A DNA stretch of 32,000 nucleotides from Candidatus Saccharimonadota bacterium (lineage in GTDB: Bacteria > Pseudomonadota > Gammaproteobacteria > Enterobacterales > Enterobacteriaceae): NCBI RefSeq assembly GCF_039383305.1, contig NZ_CP135009.1, positions 180,001 through 212,000 on the forward strand, read 5' to 3'. Positions 19,268 through 28,095 of the stretch are shown here, one piece after another. The stretch's first letter is position 1, and each line of letters starts with the position of its first letter. A program made the position numbers and the translations under genes. The notes beneath the pieces are model-generated. The model was not told where the DNA came from and made no database searches. It worked only from the letters and a program-made list of their open reading frames with translations.

Positions 19268-21217
19268 ATGGCTTTTCAAAATAATTTAGTATTAATGAAA
19301 TTAAAAAAAAAAATGATTTTAAAAAATTCTAAAATTGAAGGAATTGTTAAAAGTACTTCAAAAAATTATGGATTTTTAGAAACTAATATTCATAAAAAAA
19401 TTTATATATCTTCAATTCATATGAAAAATTTAATGCATGGAGATCGGATTAAAGGATATGTTAATTTTGAAAAAAAACGTGAAATGTTTTATCCAGAAAT
19501 ATTAATTGAACCTTATTTAACTAAATTTATAGGTTTTTTACAAAAAAAAAAAAAAAAATATTTTATAAAATCAATTTACCCATATGTACGAAATATTATT
19601 TTTTGTAATTCTATTGATTTAAATTTACATCCGTGTCATGAAGGAGATTGGGTAGTTGCTAAACTAGTTGAACATCGTTTTAAAAAAAATAATAGATTTT
19701 ATGCAATAATTTTAAAATTTATTATAAAAAAAACCCATCCTTTAATTCCTTGGTATGTTATTTTAGAGCGATATAATTTACAAAAAAAATCTCCTAATAT
19801 GTATTCTCAAAAAATTTTAGAAATAAAGACATATCAAAAAAATCGTCAAGATTTAACGAATTTAGATTTTATAACTATTGATAATAAATATACAAAAGAT
19901 ATTGATGATGCAATTTTTATAGAAGAGAAAAATTCACAAAATTTAATTTTAACTGTAGCAATTTCTGATCCTACTGAATATATTTTTCAGCATACTCCAT
20001 TAGATAAAATTGCGAATCAACGGAGTTTTACACATTATTTACCTGGTTTCAATATTCCTATGTTACCTAGAAATTTATCTGAAGATTTATGTTCTCTAAA
20101 ACCATTTTTAAAACGTCCTGCATTAGTATGCCGTGTTTTAATTAATATAGATGGTAGTATTTCTTTTAAAAATATTAGCTTTTTTTTAGCTTGGATTAAA
20201 TCTAAAAGTAAATTATCTTATGAAAATGTTTCAAATTGGTTAGAAAAAAAAGGAACTTGGAATCCTGAAAATAAAAAAATTATGACTCAAATTTTGTTAT
20301 TGAAGAAAGTTTATGACATTAGACGTATTTGGCGTAATAAGTTTGCTTTTATTTTTCCTGATAAACCTGAATTTCGTTTTCATTTTTCAGATACTTGGAA
20401 AATTTTAAATATTTCTTTAGAATTTAGACGAATTGCACATTATATGATTGAAGAAGTGATGATTACAGTTAATCTTTGTGCTGCAGAATTTTTAAGTAAA
20501 AAATTAGGATTTGGTTTATATAATGTTCATCTTGGTTTCGATGAATATAATGCAATTAATGTTTGTAAATTTTTACAAGAATATAAAATTTATTATAATC
20601 CTACAGAAATTATGACATTAAAAGGATTTTGTCAAATGAGACGTGATTTAAAAAAAATTTCTAATACATATATTCAATATCGATTATATAAATTTCAAAC
20701 TTTTAGTGAAATAAGTTTAACTCCTAAACCTCATTATATTTTAGGATTTCCAGTATATGCAACTTGGACTTCTCCTATTAGAAAATATAGTGATATTATA
20801 AATCATCGATTATTAAAATCTATTATTAAAGGTGAGAAAAATATTTTAAAACCAGATACGTCAATAATTACTCAAATTTCATCTCAAAAAAGAAAAAAAC
20901 GTTTAGCGAATCGTGAATTAGAAGCGTGGTTATATGTAAATTTTTTTAATTCTTATAATTATAAAAAAAAGATTTTTCAGGCTAACATTGTAAATATTTT
21001 TAAAAATGGAATACAAGCTCAATTATTAAAAAATGGAGCTTTCGTTATAATACCTTCTTGTTATATTTATCATTTACAAAAAAAATTATTTTTTTTTCCC
21101 GAACGGGGTATGATATATTTAAAAAATAAAATTTATTATCGTGTTTCTGATAATGTTAAAGTATATATTGTAAAAATCGTTAAAGAAACTAAAAAAATTA
21201 TTGCTAGTATAATATAA
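19268..21217 (+). CDS. rnb: Exoribonuclease II
   Basis: 649-aa ORF. The N-terminal cold-shock-like domain has GIVKSTSKNYGFLE. RNB catalytic motifs FITIDNKYTKDIDDAIFIE and TSPIRKYSDIINHRLLK are present, followed by a C-terminal S1-like domain. The size matches E. coli RNase II (644 aa). Confidence 0.92.
   Translation: MAFQNNLVLMKLKKKMILKNSKIEGIVKSTSKNYGFLETNIHKKIYISSIHMKNLMHGDRIKGYVNFEKKREMFYPEILIEPYLTKFIGFLQKKKKKYFIKSIYPYVRNIIFCNSIDLNLHPCHEGDWVVAKLVEHRFKKNNRFYAIILKFIIKKTHPLIPWYVILERYNLQKKSPNMYSQKILEIKTYQKNRQDLTNLDFITIDNKYTKDIDDAIFIEEKNSQNLILTVAISDPTEYIFQHTPLDKIANQRSFTHYLPGFNIPMLPRNLSEDLCSLKPFLKRPALVCRVLINIDGSISFKNISFFLAWIKSKSKLSYENVSNWLEKKGTWNPENKKIMTQILLLKKVYDIRRIWRNKFAFIFPDKPEFRFHFSDTWKILNISLEFRRIAHYMIEEVMITVNLCAAEFLSKKLGFGLYNVHLGFDEYNAINVCKFLQEYKIYYNPTEIMTLKGFCQMRRDLKKISNTYIQYRLYKFQTFSEISLTPKPHYILGFPVYATWTSPIRKYSDIINHRLLKSIIKGEKNILKPDTSIITQISSQKRKKRLANRELEAWLYVNFFNSYNYKKKIFQANIVNIFKNGIQAQLLKNGAFVIIPSCYIYHLQKKLFFFPERGMIYLKNKIYYRVSDNVKVYIVKIVKETKKIIASII
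19542..19558 (+). repeat. A17 homopolymer, in frame inside rnb (encodes QKKKKK)
   Basis: Counted directly: an uninterrupted A run at 19542-19558. This is the longest homopolymer I found in the window. Confidence 0.9.
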
Positions 21218-21266
21218 TCTTTTTTATAAAAATTTTTTATTTTAAAAATTTTATAGGACTTTAAAT

Positions 21267-21914
21267 ATGCATGAATTATTTTTTCAATTATTAATTTATT
21301 ATAAATTATTTATCAAATTATTAACTTTTGTACATCCTGTAAGTATAATTTTTATTTTTATTAGTTTAACAAATTATTTACCTTATAAAGAAATTAAAAG
21401 AATAAACTTAATTAGTAACATTACAGTATTTTTTATTTTATTTTGTTTTTTATTTTTTGGATATAAAATTTTAGACATTTTTCATATTTCAATTTTCTCA
21501 TTACAAATTTCTAGTGGAATTTTAATGTTTTTTATTTCATTGTTAATGTTACAAGAAGTTTTTTTAAATATTACTCCGACATTTTTTTCAGATTCTAAAA
21601 ATTTTTATTCTGATGTTATATATCATGTTTCTTTTGTACCCTTATCATTTCCATTAATTGTAAATCCTGGAGTTATTAGTACTATTATTTTATGGAGTTT
21701 AAAACATTCAAAATGGTATAATTATTTTGGAGGTTTTTTGATAATTTTTTTATTTGTTTATATATATAGAATTTTATTTAAAATTTCTTTGCAAATTATA
21801 AAATTTTTTAATGATACTAGTTTTATAATTTTAAAACGTATTATGGGAATAATTTTATTAACTTGGAGTATAGAACTAATTATTTCTGGTATTAAAGCAA
21901 GTTTTTATTATTAA
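21267..21914 (+). CDS. ychE: MarC-family (UPF0056) inner membrane protein, YchE-like
   Basis: 215-aa polytopic ORF. It is collinear with, and the same length as, E. coli YchE as I recall it. FVHPVSIIFIFISLT matches LVNPVGIIPVFISMT, VPLSFPLIVNPGVISTIILW matches VPLALPLMAGPGAISSTIVW, and ILKRIMGIILLTWSIELIISGIK matches VITRIMGLLLMALGIEFIVTGIK. Confidence 0.75.
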   Translation: MHELFFQLLIYYKLFIKLLTFVHPVSIIFIFISLTNYLPYKEIKRINLISNITVFFILFCFLFFGYKILDIFHISIFSLQISSGILMFFISLLMLQEVFLNITPTFFSDSKNFYSDVIYHVSFVPLSFPLIVNPGVISTIILWSLKHSKWYNYFGGFLIIFLFVYIYRILFKISLQIIKFFNDTSFIILKRIMGIILLTWSIELIISGIKASFYY

Positions 21915-21959
21915 AATAATTAATTATATTAAAAAAATAATTTTAAAAAAGTAAAAAAT

Positions 21960-22583
21960 ATGTCTATTATTATTCGAGATTTTGGTATTTGTGATTGGAA
22001 TTTAATTAATTTTTCAATGAACATGTTTACAAATTTAAGAAATATTAAAACGAAAGATGAATTATGGTTATTAGAATATTTTCCTGTTTTTACTCGAGGA
22101 ATTTCAGAAAAAAGTAAATTTTTATCTTATATAAATCAAATACCAGTTTTTTTAACTAATCGAGGAGGAAAAATGACATATCATGGACCAGGTCAATTAA
22201 TTATATATTTTTTAATAGATTTACGTCGTAGATCTATGAAAATATTAGTTTTTATTAAGAAAATTTTATCTATAATTAAAGAAACTTTACAAGAATTTTT
22301 CATTTTTACATATGAAAAAAAAAAATTTCCTGGTTTATACATAGATAATCAAAAAATATCTTCTTTAGGATTACGAGTAGTACATGGATGTATTATGCAT
22401 GGTTTTTCTATTAATGTAAAAATGAATTTATTACCTTTTACATTTATTAATGTTTGTGGTATAAAATCAATGAAAGTAATAGACATGTTTTATTATAATT
22501 CCAAAGTAACTTTACTAAAAGTTAAACAAAAAATTTTAAAAAAAATTTTTAAAATTTTTTCAAATATTTATTGTTTAACATAA
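21960..22583 (+). CDS. lipB: Octanoyltransferase (lipoyl(octanoyl) transferase)
   Basis: 207-aa ORF with LWLLEYFPVFTRG and NRGGKMTYHGPGQLIIYFLIDL. The catalytic Lys context (QKISSLGLRV) and Cys context (INVCGI) are retained. Confidence 0.9.
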   Translation: MSIIIRDFGICDWNLINFSMNMFTNLRNIKTKDELWLLEYFPVFTRGISEKSKFLSYINQIPVFLTNRGGKMTYHGPGQLIIYFLIDLRRRSMKILVFIKKILSIIKETLQEFFIFTYEKKKFPGLYIDNQKISSLGLRVVHGCIMHGFSINVKMNLLPFTFINVCGIKSMKVIDMFYYNSKVTLLKVKQKILKKIFKIFSNIYCLT

Positions 22584-22723
22584 AATTTTTGATTTTTTTA
22601 AAAAAAAAATATTATAATCATTTAAAAAATTTTACTATATATTTTTATTTATAAATGATTTAAAAAATAAAGTAAAAATTTTTTAATATTTAATAAATGT
22701 TTTCATAAAAAAATAAAGTACTT

Positions 22724-23620
22724 ATGGTGAGTCAAATATTAAAAAAAAAATTAAAAAAACCTTATTGGTTAAAAATTAATTTCCCTACTGATAGTAAAAA
22801 TTTTTGTAACATTAAAAATATTTTAAGAAAAAATAACTTAAATACTGTATGTGAAGAAGCTCATTGTCCTAATATTTTCGAATGTTTTCATTCTGGAACT
22901 GCTACTTTTATGATTTTAGGATCAATTTGTACACGTAAATGTCCTTTTTGTGCTGTTTCTAAAGGTCGAGCTAATTTTGTTGATTTAGATGAACCTAAAA
23001 AATTAGCTTTAGTAATTTCTAAATTAAATTTAAAACATGTAGTTATTACTTCAGTAACTCGTGATGATTTAAGAGATAAAGGTGTCATGCATTTTTGTCG
23101 ATGTATTCAAGAAATTCGTAAAAAAAACAACGTTACAATTGAAATTTTAGTACCTGATTTTCGAGGAGTTTTAAAAATTGTTTTAAAACGTTTTAAAAAA
23201 AATTTGCCTGATGTATTTAATCATAATATAGAAAATGTACCTCGTTTATATTCTAAAATTCGTCCGGGTGCTAATTATCAAGATTCTTTAAAATTATTAT
23301 ATAATTTTCATAAAAAATTTCCTACTGTATATATAAAATCTGGTTTAATGGTAGGTTTAGGGGAAAACTTAAAAGAAATTTTAGAAGTTTTAAAAGATTT
23401 ACGTTCTGTAGGTGTGTCTATGTTAACTATTGGGCAATATTTACAACCTAGTAAATATCATCTACCAGTTAAAAAATATTTTACTCCTTCAGAATTTAAA
23501 AAATTAAAATCTATTGCTATTTCATTAGGATTTTCTAATGTTTTTAGTGGAGTTTTTGTTCGTTCTTCTTATCATGCAGAAACTCAAACTAAGAATATTA
23601 ATTTAAGAATTAAAAAATAA
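22724..23620 (+). CDS. lipA: Lipoyl synthase (radical SAM)
   Basis: 298-aa ORF. The auxiliary cluster motif CEEAHCPNIFEC and the radical-SAM motif CTRKCPFCAV are present. VITSVTRDDLRD, PDVFNHNIENVPR, SGLMVGLGE and VRSSYHA are also conserved. Confidence 0.96.
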   Translation: MVSQILKKKLKKPYWLKINFPTDSKNFCNIKNILRKNNLNTVCEEAHCPNIFECFHSGTATFMILGSICTRKCPFCAVSKGRANFVDLDEPKKLALVISKLNLKHVVITSVTRDDLRDKGVMHFCRCIQEIRKKNNVTIEILVPDFRGVLKIVLKRFKKNLPDVFNHNIENVPRLYSKIRPGANYQDSLKLLYNFHKKFPTVYIKSGLMVGLGENLKEILEVLKDLRSVGVSMLTIGQYLQPSKYHLPVKKYFTPSEFKKLKSIAISLGFSNVFSGVFVRSSYHAETQTKNINLRIKK

Positions 23621-23708
23621 TTTTTTTTAATTACTAGTTTTTATAAAAAATATATTACATTTTATAATAATTTTATTTCTTTTAAAAAAATTTTCATATG
23701 TTAATATT

Positions 23709-23755
23709 TTTTAAATACCAATAAAAAATTATAAAATTTTTGTTGGTATTTAAAA
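23709..23755 (+). terminator. Long AT-rich hairpin between convergent lipA and sppA (candidate intrinsic terminator)
   Basis: The left arm 23709-23727 pairs with the right arm 23737-23755. This gives 13 bp, one G.U and 5 more bp, including the only two G:C pairs in this spacer (CC 23718-19 with GG 23745-46). The loop is 9 nt. T5 (23756-23760) follows on the + strand. The hairpin ends 8 nt from the sppA stop codon, so it could serve both convergent genes. Confidence 0.4.
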
Positions 23756-23763
23756 TTTTTTAC

Positions 23764-25629
23764 TTACATTTTAAATTTACAATTAATACATAAGGCTAAA
23801 TTTTTTTTTTCAAAAAAAATATAATTAAAAAAATCTGAAATTATATTAAATTTTAAGATAATTTTTTGTATATGACGAGGAATTAGAATATGTGAAATAT
23901 TAGTAAAAAAAATTTTTATTGTATCAAAAAATTTATTTTTTAAAATATTAAAAATATTTTCATGTTGAATAGGCCAATCTATTTCATAATTTTTTAAATT
24001 AGATAATTCGGCAGCTTTTTTTAAAGCAGTATCAAAATCTCCTAATTGATCAATTAATCCAATTTTTTTAGCTATTAAACCTGTCCAAATTTGACCTTGT
24101 GCAATTTGATGTATTTGTAGATTTTTTTTATTTCTTGATTTAGCGACTAATTTAATAAATTCATTATATCCTCGTTTTATATTAAAATTAATAAATTTTT
24201 TTGATTCTGATGTTAAATTTCGAAAATGATTTGAATCATATGATTTTTTAATAGAAACATAAGATTGAGATATTCCAAATTTTTTTAAGGTTTTTTCAAA
24301 AGTATTAATAATTGAAAATATTCCTATTGAACCTGTTAATGTTGTAGGATGTGCAATTAAATAATCTCCAGCCATAGACATCCAATAGCCTCCTGAAGCA
24401 GTAATATCACCCATAGAAATAATAATTGGTTTTTTAAGTTTTCGTATACTTAATAATTTTTTACGTAAAATTTCTGAAAAAAAAGCACTACCGCCAGGAC
24501 TATTAATTCGTAAAATAATAGCTTTAATAGTAGGATTATTTTTAATATATTCTATTCTTTTAATAATTTCTGAGATTTTCATAGAATTTTTATTATGAAT
24601 ATTATTTTCAATTTCACCTATTGCAAAAATAATAGCAATTTTATTATAATTTTTTTTTTTTTCTTGATGTGAAATAATATAATTTTTTAAGTTAATTTGA
24701 TTATATGTATTATTTTTTTTATCTTTTCCAAAAATTTTTATAAATTTTTTATTTAAATTTTTATAAGAATATACATGATCTATTAAATTATTTCTTTTAG
24801 CAATTTTTGTGAGATTACAATTAAATTTTTTTAATATTTTTAAATAAGTAGAAGTATTAGGAAATAATAATTTTTTTTTAATTTTTCTGTTTTTAATAAT
24901 AGTTAAAATAAATTTTTTCCAAATATAGTTCATCCAAAATAAATCATTTTTTTTACTAATTTTTGAAGGAGTATTTCGAATATAAGGTTCTACAGCAGTT
25001 TTATGACGTCCAATTCTAAAAATATGTGTATGTATTCTAAAAAATTTTAAAAATTTTTTAAAATATAATTTTTTTATTGAAATTCCTTGAAATGTGACTG
25101 AACCATGTGGTAATAAAATAATTTCGTTAGAAAAACTAGCTAAATAATATTGATTTTGGTCATAATTTTTACTAATAGAAAAAATTGGTTTACCAGAACT
25201 TTTAAAATTTTTTAAAATTTTACCTAAATATTCAATAGAAGTTCTATTTCCAGAAAATTTTTTATTAAAATCTAAAATAATTCCAGATATTTTTGGATCA
25301 TTTTTAGCTTGTTTAATTTTTTGTATAATTTCATAAACAGAATTAGAAGAAAAATTAAAAATTTTTTTTTGAAAAAACTTTTTAATTTTATTATGACTTA
25401 ATTTTATCGGTGTATATTCTTCTTGTAATGGATTATGTAATTCAATTTTTAAAACAACTTTTTTTTTAAGATTAATTTTTTGTAAATTATTGTACGGAAT
25501 ATTATATAAAAAAATAATAATACTACTTAACAAGATTAAAAAAATACTATTAAAAAATATTTTTTTTATTATATTAAAAAATTTATGTATAAATTTTAAA
25601 TATTTAATTATTACAGAATAAAATTGCAT
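23764..25629 (-). CDS. sppA: Signal peptide peptidase A (protease IV, two-domain S49 type)
   Basis: 621-aa ORF collinear with E. coli SppA (618 aa). IIQKIKQAKNDPKISGIILD, NQYYLASFSNEI and FRIGRHKTAVEPYIRN (catalytic Lys context) are present. So are LRINSPGGS, MGDITASGGYWMSMAGDY (catalytic Ser context) and TLTGSIGIF. The C-terminal ...LALCINCKFKM matches ...YAFCLTCANMR. Confidence 0.9.
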   Translation of the reverse strand: MQFYSVIIKYLKFIHKFFNIIKKIFFNSIFLILLSSIIIFLYNIPYNNLQKINLKKKVVLKIELHNPLQEEYTPIKLSHNKIKKFFQKKIFNFSSNSVYEIIQKIKQAKNDPKISGIILDFNKKFSGNRTSIEYLGKILKNFKSSGKPIFSISKNYDQNQYYLASFSNEIILLPHGSVTFQGISIKKLYFKKFLKFFRIHTHIFRIGRHKTAVEPYIRNTPSKISKKNDLFWMNYIWKKFILTIIKNRKIKKKLLFPNTSTYLKILKKFNCNLTKIAKRNNLIDHVYSYKNLNKKFIKIFGKDKKNNTYNQINLKNYIISHQEKKKNYNKIAIIFAIGEIENNIHNKNSMKISEIIKRIEYIKNNPTIKAIILRINSPGGSAFFSEILRKKLLSIRKLKKPIIISMGDITASGGYWMSMAGDYLIAHPTTLTGSIGIFSIINTFEKTLKKFGISQSYVSIKKSYDSNHFRNLTSESKKFINFNIKRGYNEFIKLVAKSRNKKNLQIHQIAQGQIWTGLIAKKIGLIDQLGDFDTALKKAAELSNLKNYEIDWPIQHENIFNILKNKFFDTIKIFFTNISHILIPRHIQKIILKFNIISDFFNYIFFEKKNLALCINCKFKM

Positions 25630-25773
25630 TTACCTAAGTTTTCCTATATTAACTATTTTTGAAATTTTCTTATAATATTTTTTAAAATATAAAATTTTAA
25701 AAAATATTTTAAGAAGTAAAAAAAAATTTTTAAAAAATTTTTAAAATTTTTGAAAAAAAAATTTATGATTATT

Positions 25774-26190
25774 TTATAAAATTGTCATATTAGGTAATAT
25801 TCTTGGTTTTCCAAATTTATCAATTGCTACATATATAAAAGTAGCATATGAAGTACAATATGATTTTCCAAAAATTTTAGGAAGTAATTTTTTAATCCAT
25901 AGTTCAACATATATTTTCATAGAAGAATTACCAATACTCTTACAAAGAGCATAACAAGTAACTAAATCTCCTTTTGAAATTGGTTTTAAAAAATTCATAT
26001 TTTTTACTTTTACAGTTACAACTTTCCCTAAAGAAATTTCTTTTGCTAAAATTGCTCCCCCTAAATCCATTTGAGACATAATCCATCCTCCAAAAATATC
26101 ACCATTAGAATTCATATGAATTGGCATAACAATTGTTTTTAAAACTAAGTTTTTTAATAATGGTATTTGAAATTTTTTTTTAGGGTGCAT
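25774..26190 (-). CDS. yciA: Acyl-CoA thioesterase YciA (hotdog fold)
   Basis: 138-aa ORF with MPIHMNSNGDIFGGWIMSQMDLGGAILAKE and ...VVTVKVKNMNFLKPISKGDLVTCYA...VELW, the YciA pattern and size. Confidence 0.85.
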   Translation of the reverse strand: MHPKKKFQIPLLKNLVLKTIVMPIHMNSNGDIFGGWIMSQMDLGGAILAKEISLGKVVTVKVKNMNFLKPISKGDLVTCYALCKSIGNSSMKIYVELWIKKLLPKIFGKSYCTSYATFIYVAIDKFGKPRILPNMTIL

Positions 26191-26276
26191 TTGGTTTTCC
26201 CTATTTAATAAAATATAAATTTAAAATTTTTTTATATATTTTTTATAAAAAATATTTTTTATATATTTAATATTTT

Positions 26277-27026
26277 TTATATTTTATTTTGATTTAAAAA
26301 AATATAAAAATAAAAAATATATGTATAAACTGTTATTGTAAGTAAATTGATTATAATTTGTAAAATAAAAAAATTTATATATGTAGAAAAAAAACAAAAT
26401 GTTGCAAAAATAATAATTAGTAATAATTTACATAATAACCAGGTAAATATAGGAAAAAAAATTTTAGAAATATGTTTCCATGAAATTTTTAAACTTTTTT
26501 TTATAGTTTCATAAATAGAAGTATTATCTACTAAAAATATGATAGGTGAAATAAATAATAAAATACTTAATATTATTCCTGATAATGTAAAAAAAATAAA
26601 TCCAATTTCTATTATACTAGCTGTAACAAACATTAATAATAGTAATGGAGGCATAAATTTAAAAGATTTTTTTAAAATTTTTATAACATCAAATATTTCT
26701 TCTAAATTATGATATTGAAACATATACATAATAGACGCACATAAAATAGTATTATTTATTAAGATTGAAGACATCTTTATAAAAGATAAATTAAATAAAA
26801 TTTTTTGTTGATGTAACGTGAAATAAGGTGTTCTTTTAATAATTGCGAAAGAATCGAAAAAGTTTGTTCCATATACTCTTGATAAATTATATGAATTTGG
26901 TCCTAAAATAAAATGTATCATTATTGTTAAAAAAGAACAAAATATAGATATTATTAATAAATTTAAAAAATTACGTTTTAAAAAATCAGAAGTCTCATAT
27001 ACAAGTATATTTTTTAAAAAACACAT
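26277..27026 (-). CDS. yciC: UPF0259 family inner membrane protein YciC
   Basis: 249-aa polytopic ORF. VYETSDFLKRNFLNLLIISIFCSFLTIMIHFILGP matches E. coli YciC [36 protein letters not shown]. The length matches (247 aa) and it neighbours yciA. Confidence 0.8.
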   Translation of the reverse strand: MCFLKNILVYETSDFLKRNFLNLLIISIFCSFLTIMIHFILGPNSYNLSRVYGTNFFDSFAIIKRTPYFTLHQQKILFNLSFIKMSSILINNTILCASIMYMFQYHNLEEIFDVIKILKKSFKFMPPLLLLMFVTASIIEIGFIFFTLSGIILSILLFISPIIFLVDNTSIYETIKKSLKISWKHISKIFFPIFTWLLCKLLLIIIFATFCFFSTYINFFILQIIINLLTITVYTYIFYFYIFLNQNKI

Positions 27027-27261
27027 TTTTATTTCCTTTTAAAGAATTATTATAAAAATATTATTATTATTAATTTTTTAAAATATTTTTTTAAAAAAAA
27101 TATTAATTTTTTAAATAAATCTTAAAAAATTTTTAAATACATTTAAATAATTTTGAAAACATTTTTTATGAATATTTTTAAAAATATTTTAATTATCATA
27201 TATAATTATTTATATTTATATAGTATATCTCTTTAAAATTTTTTATGAAGGTAATATAATT

Positions 27262-28017
27262 TTGAAAACTGAAAAAATTCAAAAAATTTTATCTGATTTA
27301 GGATTTGGATCACGTCGTTATATAGAAACTCAAATTTCCTTAGGAACAATATATATTAATAATCAGATAGTGATACGTGGATCTAGATTTAATAGATCAG
27401 AAATTAAAAAAATAAAATTTCAAGGTAAAAAAATACAAAAACTAAAAATTGAAAAAAAAAATACTATACAGATCTTAAAATATTATAAACCAACTGGAGA
27501 AATATGTACTTCTTTTGATATTTTTAATAGACCTACTGTTTTTAAAAATTTACCTAATAAAAAAAATATTCGTTGGATTATGATTGGAAGATTAGATTAT
27601 AATACTTCTGGATTATTATTATTTACAAATTCAGGAAAAATAGCATATCGTTTAATGCATCCTAAATATGAAATTGAACGAGAATATTTAGTATATGTAT
27701 ATGGAAATATTACTATAGAAAAAATTAATATATTAAAAAAAGGGATTTTTTTAGAAAATGTTTTTTGTTTTTTTAAAAAAATTATTGATTTAGGGGGTTC
27801 AAAAAAAAAAAGATGGTTTAAAATAGTTTTATCTAAAGGTTATACTCATGAAGTACGACGATTATGGTTTTCTATAAATATTTTAGTATTACAATTAAAG
27901 CGTATTAGATTTGGAAATCTAAAATTATGTACAAATTTATTAAAGTATAAATTTTTATTCTGTAAAAAATTTGAAATTAAAAGAATATGTAATTTAATAA
28001 AAATATTAAAAAAATAA
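27262..28017 (+). CDS. rluB: 23S rRNA pseudouridine synthase B (RsuA/RluB family, S4 domain)
   Basis: 251-aa ORF with a TTG start. The S4 domain IQKILSDLGFGSRRYIETQISLG matches [24 protein letters not shown]. The catalytic motif GRLDYNTSGLLLFTNSG and AYRLMHPKYEIEREYLVYVYG are present. Confidence 0.88.
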   Translation: MKTEKIQKILSDLGFGSRRYIETQISLGTIYINNQIVIRGSRFNRSEIKKIKFQGKKIQKLKIEKKNTIQILKYYKPTGEICTSFDIFNRPTVFKNLPNKKNIRWIMIGRLDYNTSGLLLFTNSGKIAYRLMHPKYEIEREYLVYVYGNITIEKINILKKGIFLENVFCFFKKIIDLGGSKKKRWFKIVLSKGYTHEVRRLWFSINILVLQLKRIRFGNLKLCTNLLKYKFLFCKKFEIKRICNLIKILKK

Positions 28018-28095
28018 TTTTTTTTAAAAAAATATATTTAAACAAATTTTTTAAAAGCATATATTACAAATTAGTAAAATATGCATTTATTTTTT

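Noticed and set aside
22616-22660. AATCATTTA ... TAAATGATT inverted repeat upstream of lipA
   Set aside because: The arms are 9 bp with a ~27-nt loop and an AT-dominated stem. Nothing distinguishes it from chance.
22888-23088. 66-aa ORF on the - strand inside lipA
   Set aside because: It is antisense to the radical-SAM core of lipA and is a shadow ORF.
28057-28084. GCATAT...ATATGC inverted repeat followed by a T-run between convergent rluB and suhB
   Set aside because: The stem is only 6 bp, with a 16-nt loop and a mismatch before the T-run. It is too weak to call a terminator.
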